This document shows positions 21,792 through 24,626 of a stretch of 24,626 nt of DNA, one piece after another. The stretch is from IMG/VR virus record IMGVR_UViG_3300025035_000013, positions 1-24,626 of that record; one strand, given 5' to 3'. Under the pieces are notes generated by a model. The model was not told the origin of the DNA. It worked only from the letters and a program-made list of their open reading frames with translations, and did no database searches. Each line of letters opens with the position of its first letter. The stretch's first letter is position 1. Position numbers and translations under genes: made by a program. The stretch comes from a virus.

Positions 21792-23059
21792 TTAATCTCG
21801 CTGAAAGCAGCGTCCTTGATTAATTGCATGTTAATTTGATGTCTAGCTTGAGTGAATCTGTGTTGAATTGCTGTTATTAAATATTTTCCACTATATATTT
21901 TATCGAATTTATCATTTGTATATTTGTCACTCGAGTCAATTGTCTTGAATTGATTTATCCAGACATTAACAAGTTGTCCTACTTCATAATCGGTTCTGCC
22001 ATGCACCACTATATCAATTTTCCATGTCTCCAATTGTGCCAACATAGATATACGTTTAGCTATAATCTCAGCCGAATTATCGATGACTCCATTAAACAGA
22101 TTATTGTATACATGATGTATAGAATGAAGTCCTGAATTTCTAGCTATTGGTAATATATTAAGAGGATTAATATCAGTATGTATAGTCTTCGTAAAATCAT
22201 TCGTGTATGAATACGTGTTGATATTAAAGTTTTTAGAAAATATTTCCGCACCATACAATCTATGATTATATGCACCATTCATCATATTATTCAAAAAATC
22301 CTGAGAAGAGACAAATGTAAGTTCTTTTATTGTTTTGTATTCTCTATCGACATCTCTATGTGATTTACCTGGCGAGAGTTGTTTTCTTGCTGGATTTTTG
22401 TCAAAGAACAATTCTGTTTTTGGTTTAGCTGACATCAATGTACTAATTGATTTAAATTTATGGCCTGCTGTGGTCTGGAAAAAAAGATAATTGGGTGTTA
22501 TTATTTTGTTGTTAGGCAATATAGCTCTAGATGTTATGTGATTTATAATTTTTAACGGGCTCCAATAGGGAGACACGAATTTTATAAAATTATCCGAATC
22601 ATCAGCATCCAATATCGTACTTCCAAACTCATCTTTAAATATAGATTGTACAAGTACTGAGGTATTACCAGAATATGCTTTGCTTATCCTCTTTTGTACA
22701 TCCGCGTAGCCTTCATACGAGATAAAATCTAATGTGTATGCATTCTTTTTATCCTGATGCTCTCTTATCCCAATCTTTGTTATCTGAAATGCTGCTTTGA
22801 TTGTATTCAGTGTAGGAGTGCTGAATTCTATATATAACATTTCTCCACCTACTATGGGGAGAGTTGATATAAGATTTTGAGTTTCGATGACTGCACAATA
22901 TCCAGTAAGTACAGGAGAAAACAAGTCCTCATATATGGTCATATCTACCATAGAGCCAAGTAAATTGATTTTCCTATTCGATTTTGTATCGATAAGGAAT
23001 ACTGCTTCTATCTCTACATCACCTGCTTGTTGTATGCCTGGTCCTAAAGATTTATCCAT
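21788..23059 (-). CDS. Baseplate hub protein (gp27/GpD-like, 423 aa)
   Basis: IYEDLFSPVLTG...LPIVGGE, FVSPYWSPLKIIN, YLFFQT..GHKFKSI and C-terminal VHGRTDYEVGQLV...YSGKYLITAIQHRF...MQLIKD. Lies between gp53 and gp5, overlapping both. Confidence 0.8.
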   Translation of the reverse strand: MDKSLGPGIQQAGDVEIEAVFLIDTKSNRKINLLGSMVDMTIYEDLFSPVLTGYCAVIETQNLISTLPIVGGEMLYIEFSTPTLNTIKAAFQITKIGIREHQDKKNAYTLDFISYEGYADVQKRISKAYSGNTSVLVQSIFKDEFGSTILDADDSDNFIKFVSPYWSPLKIINHITSRAILPNNKIITPNYLFFQTTAGHKFKSISTLMSAKPKTELFFDKNPARKQLSPGKSHRDVDREYKTIKELTFVSSQDFLNNMMNGAYNHRLYGAEIFSKNFNINTYSYTNDFTKTIHTDINPLNILPIARNSGLHSIHHVYNNLFNGVIDNSAEIIAKRISMLAQLETWKIDIVVHGRTDYEVGQLVNVWINQFKTIDSSDKYTNDKFDKIYSGKYLITAIQHRFTQARHQINMQLIKDAAFSEIK

Positions 23060-23582
23060 TTACGCTAGCTTCCTGAAAGGACTGGACAAATCTTGCTATA
23101 TATGATGGTTTGATTATTTTAATATGTCTCTTCGATTCGTTTATGTTATATTCAAAGTCGTAATTAGTGATATTTTTAGGTGCTATACCATATATCTCTA
23201 TAGCGAAATCGGGGTCAATCCATACCCCTTCCAGTGTTTCATAGTGATGCGTCGCGTCTTCGTTGCCTGCACCATATTTTTTTGTAATAAAATCGCGCAA
23301 TAAATTTCCTGACATTGGCCAACCAGCAGATAAATCTGTTATATTGTTGACATAGAGTATAGTCCAATGCAGAAAGGGGTTGTTATATACTCTTGCTGCG
23401 ATGGATTCTGGTGTTATATTATCCGAGACAATATATTCATCACACAATTTAGCCAAATCCTCTTCCGATATATTCAATTGGATTCGTTGTGTCAAATCTA
23501 CCACTACATCAATGATAGGTTTTACATCCTGTGGTATAGTATAATCATATTTTATAAATGAAAAGTCTTTGAAATAAGCCAT
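23052..23582 (-). CDS. gp53: Baseplate wedge subunit gp53
   Basis: MAYFKDF..IKYD, LysM-like EYIVSDNITPESIAARVYNNPFLHWTILYVNNI...WPMS, HHYE and ITNYDFEYNINESKRHIKIIKP. Confidence 0.93.
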   Translation of the reverse strand: MAYFKDFSFIKYDYTIPQDVKPIIDVVVDLTQRIQLNISEEDLAKLCDEYIVSDNITPESIAARVYNNPFLHWTILYVNNITDLSAGWPMSGNLLRDFITKKYGAGNEDATHHYETLEGVWIDPDFAIEIYGIAPKNITNYDFEYNINESKRHIKIIKPSYIARFVQSFQEASVNG

Positions 23583-24626
23583 TTAGTAGCCGCCTTTATC
23601 TATCAATTCTCTCGTGAGTGGTTCTAGTTCTACGAAAATCATATCTAATCCTATTGCAACAGGATTATCTGTGCCCTCAAAGGCTATAAATTCACCTATC
23701 TGAGTATAATTAACATCTATGCTCTGCAATGCGCATGTTGTTATTCTGCTTAATGCGACATTCTCCTCATCTTTATGCATAAATTCTATATCGAATTCTG
23801 CTGGTGTTATAAGCAACGATGACCCCCCAGCAGAACCATCAAATTCTGGATGCATATGTAACTTAAATTCTCGTATTATGTTTGTTATATTTTTACTTTC
23901 TTGTTCATTTCTTGGTATAAAGAGATATGAAAACTGATGACTTCTGAATTTCATATTGTTGAATAATTGTTCTTGTCTCCTATTAATAACTTTACCAGTG
24001 AACTTCTGTATTATATTTTTTGCGATTTTACCTGCATCATCTCCGTGTTCGCGCGCATTATCTCTTAACCCAGGAATTTTAAGTGATATACGTTTAGCTA
24101 TACGCTCTACTGCTATAGGAGCAAGTCCTTGTAATGCTGTTGCGGCAGTATCTCCATCAGGACTGATTGCAGCTAATATAGTTGCACCAAGCGCACCAAT
24201 TGCTTCTGATGCTGAGTAATCTGCATCATAATTTGCTCTAACTTTAGCTGGCATTGGCAAACATATTGCTGATTTTATTCTCTTAGTACCAGTAGTAAAT
24301 TCAACCGAATCTAATTTTTTAATTTTGCCAAATGGTTGTGGGCTACCCTGCGATGCATCTGATAATACATTTGCGCCAGCAATCAAAACATTTGTGCCAG
24401 TTTTTATTGCTTCTGATATATAAGACTTGTTTATTGATTGAGATACAGCAGCACCAGTCCTCTTTTCTTCTACATCGTACGTACTTGTGTCTTTGATATA
24501 TTTAGACTTGCTGTTTTCATTTATATAAAATATAGTATAATATGGATACCGTTCTCCACCTAGCTGCCCAAGTGGGTATTCTATGGTAGAATATGTTTGG
24601 TCTGGTATAAATGTTCTACTATTTAA
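23583..24626 (-). CDS. gp48: Baseplate tail-tube cap gp48, 5' end outside window
   Basis: The frame is open from base 24626 (LNSRTFIPDQTYSTIEYPLGQLGGERYPYYTIFYINE...), so the track's start at 24386 is internal. Motifs ICLPMP, GKVINRRQEQLFNNMKFRSHQFSYLFIPRNEQES..I..II..FK.HMHP, PAEFDIEF, CALQSIDVNYT and F.ELEPLTRE.I. Confidence 0.9.
   Translation of the reverse strand, partial: LNSRTFIPDQTYSTIEYPLGQLGGERYPYYTIFYINENSKSKYIKDTSTYDVEEKRTGAAVSQSINKSYISEAIKTGTNVLIAGANVLSDASQGSPQPFGKIKKLDSVEFTTGTKRIKSAICLPMPAKVRANYDADYSASEAIGALGATILAAISPDGDTAATALQGLAPIAVERIAKRISLKIPGLRDNAREHGDDAGKIAKNIIQKFTGKVINRRQEQLFNNMKFRSHQFSYLFIPRNEQESKNITNIIREFKLHMHPEFDGSAGGSSLLITPAEFDIEFMHKDEENVALSRITTCALQSIDVNYTQIGEFIAFEGTDNPVAIGLDMIFVELEPLTRELIDKGGY

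Noticed and set aside
1161-24219. Numerous plus-strand ORFs of 60-231 aa (e.g. 1431..2114, 2781..3476, 4377..4850, 15268..15768, 19231..19563, 20400..20897)
   Set aside because: Shadow frames of minus-strand structural genes. The V/P/I-rich repeats simply mirror the T/G/N codons of the real proteins.
24384-24386. Track start codon for gp48
   Set aside because: The frame stays open to the window edge and includes the gp48-type N-terminal YP...YTIFYI segment.

Overview
AT-rich window from a large T4-like myophage genome. It is one minus-strand late structural operon. In transcription order (right to left) it encodes: gp48 tail-tube cap (5'-truncated), gp53, a gp27-like hub, gp5 spike, a 68-aa spike-associated protein, a DUF5675-like protein, an unannotated 49-aa single-TM protein, gp25, gp6, a long gp7, gp8, a DUF4815/VrlC-like structural gene split into three ORFs, a 68-aa coiled-coil protein, an 823-aa repeat fibre and a second fibre running off the left edge (1..1104, absent from the ORF track). 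ATAAATA late-promoter boxes sit at four gene boundaries. The most unusual points are: (i) a gp5 with a degenerate lysozyme-like middle domain plus a C-terminal M15 Zn-peptidase, followed by a non-PAAR small gene; (ii) a DUF5675 + small membrane protein cassette inside the baseplate operon; (iii) a real three-way fission of the DUF4815 gene; (iv) a hairpin presenting the RBS of the second fibre; (v) an abrupt GC-rich distal segment in that fibre. All family assignments come from motif recognition by eye, not database searches. The long plus-strand ORFs are treated as antisense shadows.
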